Shown: positions 52,101 through 59,872 of the stretch, piece by piece | Numbering within the stretch: position 1 is the first letter of the stretch | Layout: each line of letters starts with the position of its first letter | Source of the DNA: Amphiscolops sp. MND2022 | Lineage: Eukaryota | Assembly (NCBI GenBank): GCA_964187785.1 | Contig: OZ076409.1 | Coordinates: 47,430,001-47,494,000 of the forward strand | Direction of reading: 5' to 3' | DNA: 64,000 bases | Program-made: the position numbers and the translations under genes | The notes under the pieces: model-generated | Told to the model about the DNA's origin: nothing | The model's input: only the letters and a program-made list of their open reading frames with translations | Databases searched by the model: none

Positions 52101-55100
52101 TGAAAAAAATTAAAATTTTGAACAGTCTCATAGTGCCGAAAATTCTGAAAAAGGGACCCTTTGGGATTTTTTAACACTCGTTCTCTTGCAAAATATCAAA
52201 AAAATTGAAAGGAGGACTCTTTGGGGACATTTAAAAAATTTCGAAAAAAAGTCTCAGAAAGCCGAAAAAGAGTCTCACAAAGCCGAAAAGTCTCATAGTG
52301 CCGAAAAAAGTCAGAACCTTCTGCTTCGGAATACTTGTAAAAAAATTAGCGCATACCCACGGGTTCGAACACGAAACCTCTGGGTTGAAAAGCAAGCATC
52401 TTACCACTAGACCACGAACGCGTGAAACGTGCGAGTTGCCGCGTGAAATCAGAGAGTTGCCGCGCGGAAAAAAAAAGCACCCGCACTTTCCCATAACACT
52501 TGCTTATCGCAAGTGTAATAAAAGAATTTTATTTTTTTTTGAATTGTGGAAAAAAATTTTTCATGAATTTTTATCCTTGAAGTTCTTTCAAATGCGCTTC
52601 GGATACTGCTTCAATCTTGTTTTAGCATCATGTGCCGATTTGAACCAAGAAGACTAAACCCAAGAACGACAAATTTGATTATCGGAACCTCTCGAACTAA
52701 ATACATCAAAGCCAACGAAGTCGATACCGCAATACACTCCTACAGAGGCGCGAACCTGAGTGAATTGAGCCATGTTATTGAAAGATACCCGCATCAGCAA
52801 TTGAGTACTGTTATTGTTGTAGCTGGCTTCAACGACCATCGAAAATCCCCGGCCATTTTTGTAGAAAATTGGAAATATATTATTCAGCTGATCTACTGGA
52901 AATTCAACCACTCAACGGTCATAATCCCAAAGACAATTGCAACTGCTAACGATTCAATCACCAACCGACGTATCTATTGGCTGAACTTCGCTCTACATAA
53001 GCTCCTAGGTTCACTGAATCCACCCATTGTGTCACCAAATTTTAATCATGATTTTGACACCAAGATATTCTGCCGTGACGGAGTTCACTTTTCCTTCTTT
53101 GGAAATCATATTTTCACCCGCATTCTGTCTTTCTATATTTCTCACTATAGTTGTAACTTTATTCATATGTAAATAATCGAATTGTACATATAACTGACCT
53201 GACAACCTTCCCTCAATTCCATGGCAGATCAAACGCATTGTAGTAAATGCAACGGGCATCTGAGGGGCGGAGGTGTATGGTGCAACGAGTTCGGCTACAT
53301 TCATATACGATGCAGCGGTCTGGCATCCGGACGAGACCACTACGCGGGTTTCATCTGTCAAACCTGTAATCTTGCCGCCGCCCCGCAAGATGACACCAAC
53401 ACACCGCCCGCAGCGACGCCACAAGCCAATCCGCTTACAACTCTAGAAATAAACCAAAACGACCCTGACACCTCGCCCAATGTCACTCCGCCCACACCCG
53501 ATGACTTCTGGACGAAATTAACACCAACACATACTGACTTTATCAAAAAATGCTACTCTGAAATAGTCCACTGGAAGCCCCAATTTGTCACTCTCAGCAA
53601 AAACAAAACTGGACATTGCTTCATCGAAAGCCTCAGCATTATCTTCGATGAAGTTGCCGAAAAATCGCGAAACTCGAACGTAGCACTTTACTTCGCGATG
53701 GTAATGCCCCATCTAGTTCTGGCCCGTACGAAAGAGAAACGTGAAACATCCATCGGAAAAACCATTCAAAGACGAATGGAAGCATGGCTTAGCTGCGAAT
53801 TCGAGGCGCTCTTCAACGAAGCAAAGGCACTGCAGCTACGTATACCAAAAGTGCGGAAATTTTGACATCCAAATGTCATCCAGGAAAATCTCAAATGCAT
53901 TGCGGTGTCTGGATGAGTCTCAGAAAGGTAACGTCCTCTCGCTGCAAGAAAGAGTGGGAAACAAAACCGTAATGCAAATCCTTCAGGAGAAACACCCAAA
54001 ACCGATGACATCAAAAGACAGCTACGTCACTAACGAAAATGACCACACCCTCGAACACCATCACAGTATTTTCGACAAAATCAACGCCTCGACAGTCCGA
54101 AAAACAGCCATGGTAACGCAAGGTAGCCACGGACCATCCGGCGTCGACGCCAACGACTGGCGCAGGTGGCTTTCACATTTCGGTCAAGCATCCACGAACC
54201 TCTGCAAGGCTCTTGCGGCATTTGCCCGGAGGCTCGCAACAGAACAAATGCATGATCTAACTCCCTACAACGCATGCCGTCTCATACCGCTTGACAAAAA
54301 CCCAGGTGTCAGACCAATCGGAGTGGGCGAAGTCATCAGACGCATAATTGGGAGGAACATTTTTCGATGCATCGGGAACGATCTCAAGATCTTGGGCCAG
54401 AATAGGCAACTCTGCCTTGGTCAAAAATGTGGCATCGAACACGCCATTCACAGTCTACGTGAGACGTTCGACTTGCCAGAGACAGAAGGGCTTTTCCTGA
54501 TTGACGCCAAAAACGCGTTCAATAGTCTAAATAGGGATCTGGCCCTGAAAAATATTCAGAAAACCTGTCCATCCATCATAACAGCGCTCCGAAACTCATA
54601 TGGTACATCTTCAAACCTTTACGTGAATGGGAAAACTCTTGTCGCAAGAAGGAACTACTCAAGGCGACCCTTTGGCTATGTCCATGTATGGCATTGCGCT
54701 TCTACCGTTATTGGACCTCGTGAACGAAGGAGTGCTTCAAAAATGGTATGCTGACGATGGCAATGTAGCCGGTAGCATCGAATCGCTCCGAAATCTCTTC
54801 GAAAAACTGAAGCTCCACGGTCCCGCATTTGGATACAACATCACTAAATGTCATCTCATCAGGAAAGATTCCTCCCTTGACAAAGCAAAAGACCTCTTCA
54901 AAGACGAGGATGTTGAATTAGTGGGAGGACACCGTGTACTGGGGTCCGTTATTGGATCGTCCGAGGCCTGTCACGCTTTCCAGTCCTCCAAACTCACTGA
55001 GTACACGAACATTGTAAACAAACTTGCGTCACATGCGAAAAAGTCACCACAGAAAGTCTATCATGCATTTACAAAAGGTGTTCAACACAACCTCACCTTC

Positions 55101-58100
55101 CTGTCAAGAACAACACCTGACATGGAAAACACACTGCAAAACACCGAATCTCTCTTAACGACGAAACTGATCCCTAACATCACCGGCTGTGGTCAGTTAT
55201 CTATAGCAGAACGTTCTCTTTTCTCCCTACAGCTCAGCAAAGGTGGGCTGAATATCCTTTCACCCGAAGACAGAAGAAACGATCTGCAGTGGTCAAAGGA
55301 TGTTACTTCTCATCTCGATGAAGAGGATCTAACCACCACTGAAGCGAAGCAACACTCAACAGTAAACATGATAAAGAAACAGAAGCAAGAAATTCAAAAA
55401 ACTATGCTTGAAGAAGTCAAATGCAACTTGAATGACGAACAACGACACGCAGTTACACTTGTTTCGGAAAAAGGAGCATCCAGCTGGCTAGCAGCCCTCC
55501 CACTGAAACGCTATGGTTTCACTCTTACGAAGTCTGAATTTCGGGACGGTCTCGCGCTGCGCTACGGTTGGGAGCCAAAGAATTTACCTGCCAAATGCCC
55601 ATGTGGTGAACCCTTCACTGTTGCCCATTCCCTACACTGCGGAAAAGGAGGCTACACTCACATGAGACATGACGAAATACGCGATACGTTCGCAAAGATA
55701 ATGAAAGACGTTTGCTTCGACGTTGAGGTGGAGCCGAAACTTCAGAGGTTAGAAGGGGAATCCTTCGAATATAAATCAACTTACACTGAAGATGAAGCTC
55801 GTCTCGATATAAGAGCAAATGGACTCTGGGATTCACGATTCTCGAGAACGTATTTTGACGTCAAAATTTTTAACCTGCTGGCCAAGTCCTGTCCGAAAGA
55901 AGTAAAGGAAGCGTATAAATATCATGAAACTTTGAAAAAACTGAAGTACGAACAGAGAATCCTTGGTGTGGAAAACAGCTCATTCAATCCTCTTGTTTTC
56001 GCGTGTTCAGGAGGCGCAGGTCCTTCAGCCTCGAAAATTATGTCCCGACTTGCTCTGAAGATCGATAAAGGACAAGACAGCTACTCGGACGCCATAGGAT
56101 ACATCAGGACGCAAATTAGCTTCGCTTTGCTACGCAGTTCCGTGCTATGCCTCAGAGGATCTTGATCTACTCGCCGTCAAACTGAGGAATCATCTATCTC
56201 TGCAATGTTGAAGAGGGAAAGTTGTCTTGACTTACCTCGACGATATTTGGTGATTCCTGCGATATATTTACAGCCGATGTTTTTTAAAATTATGATACGA
56301 TGCCCTAATTTATAAATCTCTCCTCCACTTGATGTTCTTGGTGCTTGTTTCATTCAGGGGACCGCTTTTGACATTGTATGGAGGCTCTGCAGCTTGCAGC
56401 GATCCGGCACCTTGCCTATCTTTTTCTGACTGCCCATGCTTCAACTCGGGCTAATTCCATTTCGTAAAGACCCTTTCAAAATGGTTCCAGTTCGCACGGT
56501 CCTTCTTTTTATAATAGAAAAAAAGTATACTTTATACCGCCTTCAAATCTCGGACTAAAGCAAATATAACTACTAAGCGTAGACGAAGTTTCGCATATCT
56601 CAAGAGGGAAACTTTTTCATTTCAAACTTGCGGGCTTTGTTTGCATCAACTAAGATCCCAGCTGTCCCAGTAGCCAATTTTGGAACGAAAACGAAGTTTC
56701 CAGAAGTGACTGCAAAATTTTGAATAAAAATTCGACTTTTCATTCATCATGAGATGATCGGAAAGTTACACAATTTCTGAGTTTCCTTTTTTTTGCGCAA
56801 ATGTGAAAATCACACTGGTTGTAATCACACAAATGTAATTAATCACACTGAAAATAGTAAGTAATTGAAAAACAGTCGTCAATGGAATATTTTCGAGTTA
56901 ATACTCATCATCAGCATAACATCTTAAAATAGAACAAGCCGGGACCGGCCCAAGTCGGCGCCATATCCAAGGCTCAAAAATAGCAAAAAGACTTCCAAGT
57001 GTCAAGTATTCGTTTACAGTAGTCGAAAATCGAAAATTTTTCGAATTTTTTTTTTGAAAAAATTACATACTAAAAAAATGGACCGAGTGGCGCGCTAACG
57101 TCTCACAATGCCGAAAAACTGAAAGGGGGACCCTTTGAGGTTTTTCAACATCCATTCTGGCGCAAAACATGAAAAAATTGAAAAAAAATCCGAAAAAAAT
57201 GTCTCGCAGTGCCGAAAAAAATTGAAAGGGGGGACTCTTTGGTCTCGCCCGGTATGATATGTTACGTGGAAAAACAGGTAAAACCATTTTGGTCCAGTTC
57301 GCTAGGCCAAATGGTGCTATTTGACACCATAATATTTTGTAGAACTTTTAAGAACTTTTCTGGTCAGTTCGTGTGGATAGAAAAAAAGAGTCACTATAAT
57401 AGTCGCGTTTCACTTCATGAAGCGCCGACTAAAAATCAATCAACGAAAATAGTATCAAAAATAGAATCAAAAAAGAAAGAATATCTGTGTGTGCCAAACT
57501 GAGTCAAAAAGGGAATGAAATGGTCAAATTAGCGATTTCATTCCCTTCTTTCTGACTCAGTTTGGCACACACAGATATTCTTACCATTTTGCTATTCCAT
57601 CCACGCCTTTTCCACAATAAACTGCGAATTCCTCAGAACAAAGCTTGGCTTATGTGGTACTTTGAATTCAACATTATCAGAGTTCTAAAAATTGCGAAAA
57701 TAAAAAAAGTTTAAAACTAAAACTCAATTCACTTGTCTCTCGTTAGGGCCGACTGTAAATGTAATTCAAATTCATATTTGCCATCTCAAATGTGCGAATT
57801 GCATGCTTCACAAAATAAAGCATTAAAATGAATATTAGAATATAGACTGATAGTATTCGCAGTCAATTATTTTGAGCTGTAATCAAACAAGGGGCTTAGT
57901 GGCAGTGCGATTATTTTGTTACACTGCTTCAGAAGCATTCGGAAAAACCTTCAAAATTCATTTGTTTGAAAATTTTCGATTCTCTTAGGACAAATCACGG
58001 AATTTTCAATGTACTCACGAGGTGCTTCCAAGTTTTTCTGTCTCAAAGCTTTCTTGGATGTTAATTTGTCAGCGATCTCAGCTATCAAGTTTTCTGTTTC

Positions 58101-58199
58101 TGCTATTTCATTTTTACTTTCATCATCGTCCTGTGCTGTATCTTCTACAGCTTGCGTTGGATTGGAAATGTCTCCGGCGATATCAGGAACAACTGTCAT
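18957..58199 (-). CDS. UPF2: Regulator of nonsense transcripts 2 (UPF2), multi-exon gene
   Basis: Exons in collinear order match UPF2 motifs: KALRQKNLEAP|QNWPDEYFFSDLDSSLKRNNAFVKKLK (MIF4G-1), LCSLVHQRY, RLDLLPFYGRFVAT, KKDQIKIESKVKTVTFIGELTKF (MIF4G-2), LRKLHWDD, KYLGELYNY..DPPHNLFRIRLVCTLLDTCGQFF (MIF4G-3), DDFIDVFEKFLSENIQ, IMLKKGTKVQLKDLQVP, YQQPPKGVPNTSHIF. Canonical GT-AG boundaries checked for several exons; a few small internal exon boundaries (41.2-43.1 kb) unresolved. Confidence 0.95.
19929..20007 (-). CDS. UPF2: UPF2 penultimate exon
   Basis: ctcag|AEERERKKLIEMTLNINQRQQEEEQM|gttcgt, similar to the UPF2 C-terminal coiled segment. Confidence 0.8.
20223..20561 (-). CDS. UPF2: UPF2 exon with UPF1-binding beta-hairpin
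   Basis: ttttgcag|caa cgc acg (QRTSEAMR..), SLSIMLKKGTKVQLKDLQVPVTEEMAEN, donor ttg|gtaagt. Confidence 0.85.
20590..20786 (+). repeat. Polinton left terminal inverted repeat
   Basis: Reverse complement of 34494-34688 with 4 substitutions and one 2-nt indel by manual comparison; contains a 33-bp internal direct repeat (20627-20659, 20675-20707). Confidence 0.95.
21171..21620 (+). repeat. About three diverged 160-172 bp tandem units in the Polinton left arm
   Basis: AAAAACTGTCCATA..CAGTCATTCTACA recurs at 21171, 21331 and 21503. Confidence 0.7.
21785..25624 (+). pseudogene. pPolB: Protein-primed DNA polymerase B with N-terminal C2H2 zinc fingers; disrupted
   Basis: Three C2H2 fingers, GGSGW, NKKDSFCFLYC, EndoVII-like HCHLTGEIFGVAHSKCNL, FHNFSRYD, RFLDSF*FM, RKGYFPY, YLQTDVLLLADIFENFR, motif A DVKSLY, motif B KLMSNACFGK, motif C YKDTDS, DDKR. 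Frameshifts near 22630, 23570, 24360 and 24650, an in-frame TAA at 23769-23771, and a 61-nt GT-AG intron at 23206-23266. Confidence 0.95.
25657..26223 (+). pseudogene. Ser/acid-rich low-complexity ORF of the Polinton with a probable 88-nt intron (25843-25930)
   Basis: ttca|GTGAGT..ttcttttAG|ct joins ...RAWQSASF-T-GPDPGLYQ in frame; one in-frame TAG at 25719-25721; start uncertain. Confidence 0.5.
26269..26799 (-). CDS. PRO: Adenain-like cysteine maturation protease
   Basis: QIVNTSPKNSHGSHWLL, VWDCLG, LQNASSNMCGLYCL: His, Asp, Gln and Cys positions of adenain-type proteases; ORF uninterrupted. Confidence 0.9.
   Translation of the reverse strand: MDSATLKHMIFGNSTLSVAFAGIWSADNFSLQPVSTDTNTNLLASERLVWFQIVNTSPKNSHGSHWLLLGATIAQGQKKMQVFVWDCLGRPVSLYTTFFNRLNQLYGKTGYRQIALKLQNASSNMCGLYCLFLIHYIAKKPCELSQMDEKLKSCSEIEIIRFINDKYKTLFRYTVR
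26792..28134 (-). pseudogene. MCP: Double jelly-roll major capsid protein; frameshifted
   Basis: ALDFFEKP..NFEGAYDQEVFP..GPQL/DF, NTLHTLFSHAELYLNEKLIS, GALHIDFLDCEKFLLPNVTLHVRLYRS, PFSYQKFNL, FFLVFDLT, LKLYFEKAL; at least three frameshifts (~28050, ~27975, ~27420). Confidence 0.88.
28146..28660 (-). CDS. Basic core (pVII-like) DNA-condensing protein
   Basis: RQMGSGGGLGAFAVRMGRVAIPLVRKYVLPVARQVGKNLLETA..DVLTG followed by an Arg/Lys-rich tail; located between MCP and penton as in Polintons; start uncertain. Confidence 0.7.
28725..29700 (-). pseudogene. mCP: Minor capsid (penton) protein, one frameshift near 29590
   Basis: FTMNLISNASMTTFPGNSSSNFTTLL../LPGDWQVALVEIAWP N-terminus and MFIYCDLVQ..GDTQTALLRSIP..ITLAFR C-terminus. 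Confidence 0.85.
29720..30779 (-). pseudogene. INT: RVE (DDE) integrase with N-terminal PHD-like zinc finger; broken between FKY and the C-terminal domain
   Basis: WSVDLADM, YLFVAVDALSRY, WVDKGREF, AERNIRSLK (D, D, E present); C-terminal KFKVGDQVRI..FHRGY..FTEELF..GKFYEPEL in another frame; N-terminal CGSC..WCHVCGWVHFKCSGL..FLCSKC. Confidence 0.92.
30781..31479 (-). CDS. Hypothetical Polinton protein (232 aa), resembling the conserved gene next to integrase
   Basis: Intact ORF; LIVITHEDY start and C-terminal SVVEFLSALQ..LRIPPFLLAN segment are reminiscent of a conserved Polinton accessory protein. Confidence 0.5.
   Translation of the reverse strand: MASNSSLRDLIVITHEDYISLERQEKSTDAREKQKQHLLSKFAEATQTNFEPIEDNQIKTFNTTKELPEDSLVAQLNLNSRYHSGDSSTSNAVEIKQSYKNPSDQVLSNLLESGVTGGKVERSRQILKKIEDCERTTIDETNQTINLDQQDTGVSVVEFLSALQVNTKQLPKKFLTLVEVLRIPPFLLANTYARQTSNQNQHQIRLASGASPYKRLKLDTEQGSSSQWLTNF
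31480..31800 (-). pseudogene. Small basic Polinton protein (pX / gasderminX-like), frameshifted near the C-terminus
   Basis: LLKFFCDCVFNVVKGKVKL..ALKRKR followed in another frame by KRGLRLLKLIL; pattern typical of the small protein beside the Polinton ATPase. Confidence 0.55.
31755..32363 (-). pseudogene. FtsK/A32-like packaging ATPase with Walker A missing
   Basis: Walker B LVVIDD, GRHRNVH, IDLNVTQIVLF..PRD, FGHLLIDL; N-terminus MNKRISTNPHCFF runs straight into KHYQQPY with no GxxGxGK; in-frame TAA near 32255. Confidence 0.85.
32360..32713 (-). CDS. Small two-TM membrane protein (117 aa)
   Basis: Hydrophobic LVLVFLHYFIIVAVFTFCILFLTL and GVLAILSACIGHIL preceded by a CCC motif; intact ORF. 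Confidence 0.6.
   Translation of the reverse strand: MSGLDLSHTSGYYSNLSLNNRSEQEDQIDHGNLSVPNLERIIFDQTDNERPPYAFCCCNSRVERSLVLVFLHYFIIVAVFTFCILFLTLCENDNKVSSGVLAILSACIGHILPGPKT
32797..33243 (-). CDS. Phospholipase A2-like protein (parvovirus VP1u / adintovirus PLA2X type)
   Basis: IGPGDS calcium-loop-like motif followed by LHAIFHDAPGY (HD catalytic pair plus Tyr). Confidence 0.7.
   Translation of the reverse strand: MPCFIIQTFSEIVMFSARQICENFVAVSYCFPKNSSTKNAFLAVCRYIDENVDLREVNAKAPFGGKIGPGDSKLDNYLRFSKVFRLHAIFHDAPGYMRSFEEVGPGYVYTLTKAQSFHNNMLLGHFSGISYWLFVKLFHREHFDAFPF
33263..34192 (-). CDS. Uncharacterised Polinton ORF (309 aa)
   Basis: Long uninterrupted ORF just inside the right TIR, same strand as the structural module; no recognised motif. 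Confidence 0.6.
   Translation of the reverse strand: MFTFDDTSDKRNCHYKLKWFPEQLTLTTRRDMTSVFREIPSSYWLLLFSTEESESDVYCNSKDSGSKSPTSLSNLLEILSKSHKCQSIGRVHTKEDSRNGSLDEFCEAMLTNHHHLLLYLPQCTNAETMLKQTISQVLSNEQWAKVRLLTVSYPENFLKTETSIFSPRSLIVEGERMKSLMTRKTTESLGCSFKCVWELDRHNSLGDCPDNEKALYIFQKLVELEKSDAPFKDTVISHIELLQRGIGRLFLSEHSRILDIDLVVSNAQCMCFECLNQPLQLDEAIDNTPPSAQLFSPYNEDTIIDTSFL
34494..34688 (-). repeat. Polinton right terminal inverted repeat
   Basis: Ends in ...TGCTATTACTACT followed by TSD GATATT. Confidence 0.95.
34903..35105 (-). CDS. UPF2: UPF2 exon ending in the UPF1-binding helix (5' boundary approximate)
   Basis: Acidic linker then ETDDFIDVFEKFLSENIQ|gtattc; phase-0 donor at 34901-34902. Confidence 0.85.
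36195..36445 (-). CDS. UPF2: UPF2 exon, MIF4G-3 (boundaries approximate)
   Basis: NQAKFNQRRISVIKYLGELYNY..DPPHNLFRIRLVCTLLDTCGQFFNGGLAKKKLDCFLVYFQ. Confidence 0.9.
38660..38900 (-). CDS. UPF2: UPF2 exon, MIF4G-2 (boundaries approximate)
   Basis: KKDQIKIESKVKTVTFIGELTKF..HHQIDMTCALLETAGRYLYR. Confidence 0.85.
41613..42194. mobile_element. MITE with CCCAGG termini (582 bp), possible 2-bp TT TSD, in a UPF2 intron
   Basis: TIR CCCAGGTTGACCATCATG / CATGATGGTTAACCTGGG; internal CATGGA-rich subterminal repeats. Confidence 0.65.
44252..44671 (-). CDS. UPF2: UPF2 exon, MIF4G-1
   Basis: AVQLCSLVHQRYPTF..KLRVDVRFLAELILAG..FCGDDFAGVVPR; gtttag|acc and gac|gtgagt boundaries. Confidence 0.9.
45625..45824 (-). 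CDS. UPF2: UPF2 exon, start of MIF4G-1
   Basis: NWPDEYFFSDLDSSLKRNNAFVKKLKTF..LNLVKFIDEVASAL; AG at 45825-45826, GT at 45623-45624. Confidence 0.9.
47815..48405 (+). mobile_element. Representative copy of a dispersed Helentron/HINE-like non-autonomous family
   Basis: Begins AACAGGACGGG..AAGTCGGCGC and ends CATGAAGCGCCGAC; related copies at ~1630-2172(-), 3468-4050, 7851-8375, 16900-17175(-), 19470-19800, 37345-38085, 44765-45247(-) and 56933-57432. Confidence 0.6.
49055..49470 (+). repeat. Second dispersed repeat family
   Basis: AATAGGCCCCTCCGGGGC..TTCGCATTTGAATGCAGGCGAAGCTCT..CACTGCCGAACAAAATATCTG shared with 8435-8800, and partly with 51368-51550 and 56515-56600. Confidence 0.7.
49800..50950 (-). 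mobile_element. Degenerate CR1/L2-like LINE reverse-transcriptase remnant
   Basis: VYLDYKKAFDKVP, GDPQGSVLG..FINDLP, LFADDLK and KDLGI motifs across broken frames. Confidence 0.8.
52349..52421 (-). pseudogene. tRNA-derived (Glu-like) segment embedded in a repeat
   Basis: A-box TGGTCTAGTGG, TTTTCAA loop (TTC), B-box GTTCGAACCC; anticodon and acceptor stems do not pair well. Confidence 0.5.
52630..53172 (+). CDS. SGNH/GDSL hydrolase (esterase) ORF, apparently ORF1 of the CRE-type retrotransposon
   Basis: Block I LIIGTS, block II RGA, block III VAGFND, block V DGVHFS..G; intronless; stop codon is 48 nt before the ATG of the RT polyprotein. Confidence 0.8.
   Translation: MCRFEPRRLNPRTTNLIIGTSRTKYIKANEVDTAIHSYRGANLSELSHVIERYPHQQLSTVIVVAGFNDHRKSPAIFVENWKYIIQLIYWKFNHSTVIIPKTIATANDSITNRRIYWLNFALHKLLGSLNPPIVSPNFNHDFDTKIFCRDGVHFSFFGNHIFTRILSFYISHYSCNFIHM
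53221..56165 (+). mobile_element. CRE-clade (RLE-type) non-LTR retrotransposon ORF: PHD-like finger, RT, CCHC knuckle, restriction-like endonuclease; two frameshifts
   Basis: RLIPLDK.PGVRPIGVGE, IDAKNAFN, QGDPLAM, WYADD, GGLNI, SSWLAALP, CPCG..HSLHC, MRHDEIRD, RLDI..GLW..FDVK, PLVF..GG; frameshifts near 53860 and 54640. Confidence 0.9.
58019..58199 (-). CDS. UPF2: UPF2 first recognisable coding exon (MTVVPDIAG...KKALRQKNLEAP)
   Basis: Donor cct c|GTGAGT (phase 1) joins acceptor tttag|aa aat tgg at 45824 giving EAP-Q-NWPDEYFF; intron 45825-58018 is 12,194 nt. The ATG directly follows tttcag, so an upstream exon is possible. Confidence 0.8.
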
Positions 58200-58339
58200 C
58201 TGAAATGTCAACAAAAGATCGCAAAAAACTTCAAAAATAATGAAAAGCGCTGGCACTAATAAAAATTAGAGGAACAAAAAGATCTCACTACGTTGGCCAC
58301 AGGTTAAAAAGTGACCAGGAGAAATCATTTCATTTTATG

Positions 58340-58490
58340 AGGGATGAATCACGTGGTGGTGTAGCGTTTTACGTACGCAATGACCTTGCTGTGAACATGC
58401 AAACTGTTCTCAGTTTCACCAATGGTGTCATCGAATGTTTGTGCCTCTACTCAGAGATTCCAAACCTTTTCTTGATTTTTCTTGACCTAT
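58340..58490 (+). mobile_element. Short AP-endonuclease fragment of a LINE
   Basis: RGGVAFYVRNDL..IECLCL in one frame. Confidence 0.4.
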
Positions 58491-59158
58491 GGTGTTCCTG
58501 ACAGCTCGCTGTCGTATATGTTACAACTCATTGTATTTCTATTGTGACTGTATCGTTTGATGTCTTTTATATATTTTTAGACAAACATGACTGATGATGT
58601 TTGTCTAAAAACTTCATCAGTCATGATGAAGCAAATAATAAAAGACCCGCCACATTCAATCGCAAGAGGGCTGTCAGCAAGGGGACCCCGAAGGCCCAGC
58701 TCTCTTCTCCGACACTATTCAAGACCTCGTTAACCAAATGGTTTCACAATATAATGTTTGGTACCTCGACGACGGAAACCTTTCGGATGACTATCGGACG
58801 GTTCTTGAGGACCTCAAACGAATCATCGCTAGCGCCGACGAGTATGGGTTATCACTCGAGAAAACTAAATGTTACCTGATTTTCCTCGGAAATTGTACCG
58901 AAAGTTCAAAAAAAAGAATCAAAGCGCTTTTTGACGAAATTTGCCCGGGTATTAAAGTGGAGGATCGTGAGAATTTGGAAATTTTAGGGTCGCCAATGGG
59001 CGCAAGTGCTCGACGAGACCTGTTGAACAAAAAAATGATTGAATTGCAAAAACTATCTGAAGTCGTTACGAAATTGGATGCCCACTATGGTTTCTACTTG
59101 TTGAAGAACTGCTTTAGTCTACCTAAACTACTATACTTTCTTCGTACCAGCCCTTGCT

Positions 59159-59508
59159 GGGTGGGCGGAAATAGGTCGAAGGAACGGGATCGAAAATCAA
59201 AGTTAGTCCTCAGGTCGACAATACCAAATTTTTGAATGGGATCGAAACAACTCGGATCGAAATTTTTATAACGTAGTCAGATATGTTCACATACCCCTAG
59301 TGCCCTGAATGCAGGAGCGAAGCGAAGCGGAGAGACGTGCCATATGGCCATGCCTCAATGTTGCTACTTGGCGAAGGGAGCGAAGCGACCGAGCCATACA
59401 ACAAATACAATAAAATTCGGCCGCATTCCATTCGATCCCTGTAATTCGATCAAAAGGTTCGACCTCAGTCTTTTCGACCAGAAAAATTCGACCTATTTAC
59501 AGCCACCC
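59159..59508 (+). mobile_element. 350-bp MITE with GGGTGG termini and 9-bp TSD (MULE-like), copy 1
   Basis: TSD GCCCTTGCT at 59150-59158 and 59509-59517; imperfect ~22-bp TIRs; removing it restores RTSPCFEEVDLL in the CRE RT. Confidence 0.85.
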
Positions 59509-59629
59509 GCCCTTGCTTTGAAGAGGTGGACCTCCTACAGCAGTATGATTCCATTATCCGCAAATCATTGTCCAAAATCTGCAATGTGAATTTTGATGAA
59601 AGCAGCTATACTCAAGCGATTCTCCCAGT

Positions 59630-59872
59630 AGAAACAGCTTTAGTTGTCAATGTTAAACTGTCACAATATGTTTACAAACGTTTTCGACTATGAAAAGTCA
59701 TCATCAGGCATAATAATCTGAAAATTGTGAAAATGTTGTTTATATTTTCAGATTATTATGCCTGATGATGACTTTTCATAGTCGAAAACGTTTGTAAACA
59801 TATTGTGACAGTTTAACATTGACAACTAAAGCTGTTTCTACTTGTAATCGTCAATGATTCTCCCTTACTGTA
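59630..59872. mobile_element. 243-bp hairpin insertion with 12-bp TSD and a hammerhead-like core (Penelope-like terminus)
   Basis: TSD GATTCTCCCAGT (59618-59629, 59873-59884); perfect 96-bp arms 59630-59725 and 59744-59839; CTGATGA-t-GAC..GTC-GAAA at 59762-59787. Confidence 0.75.

Noticed and set aside
52349-52421. Functional tRNA-Glu gene
   Set aside because: Anticodon and acceptor stems do not pair; kept only as a tRNA-derived segment.
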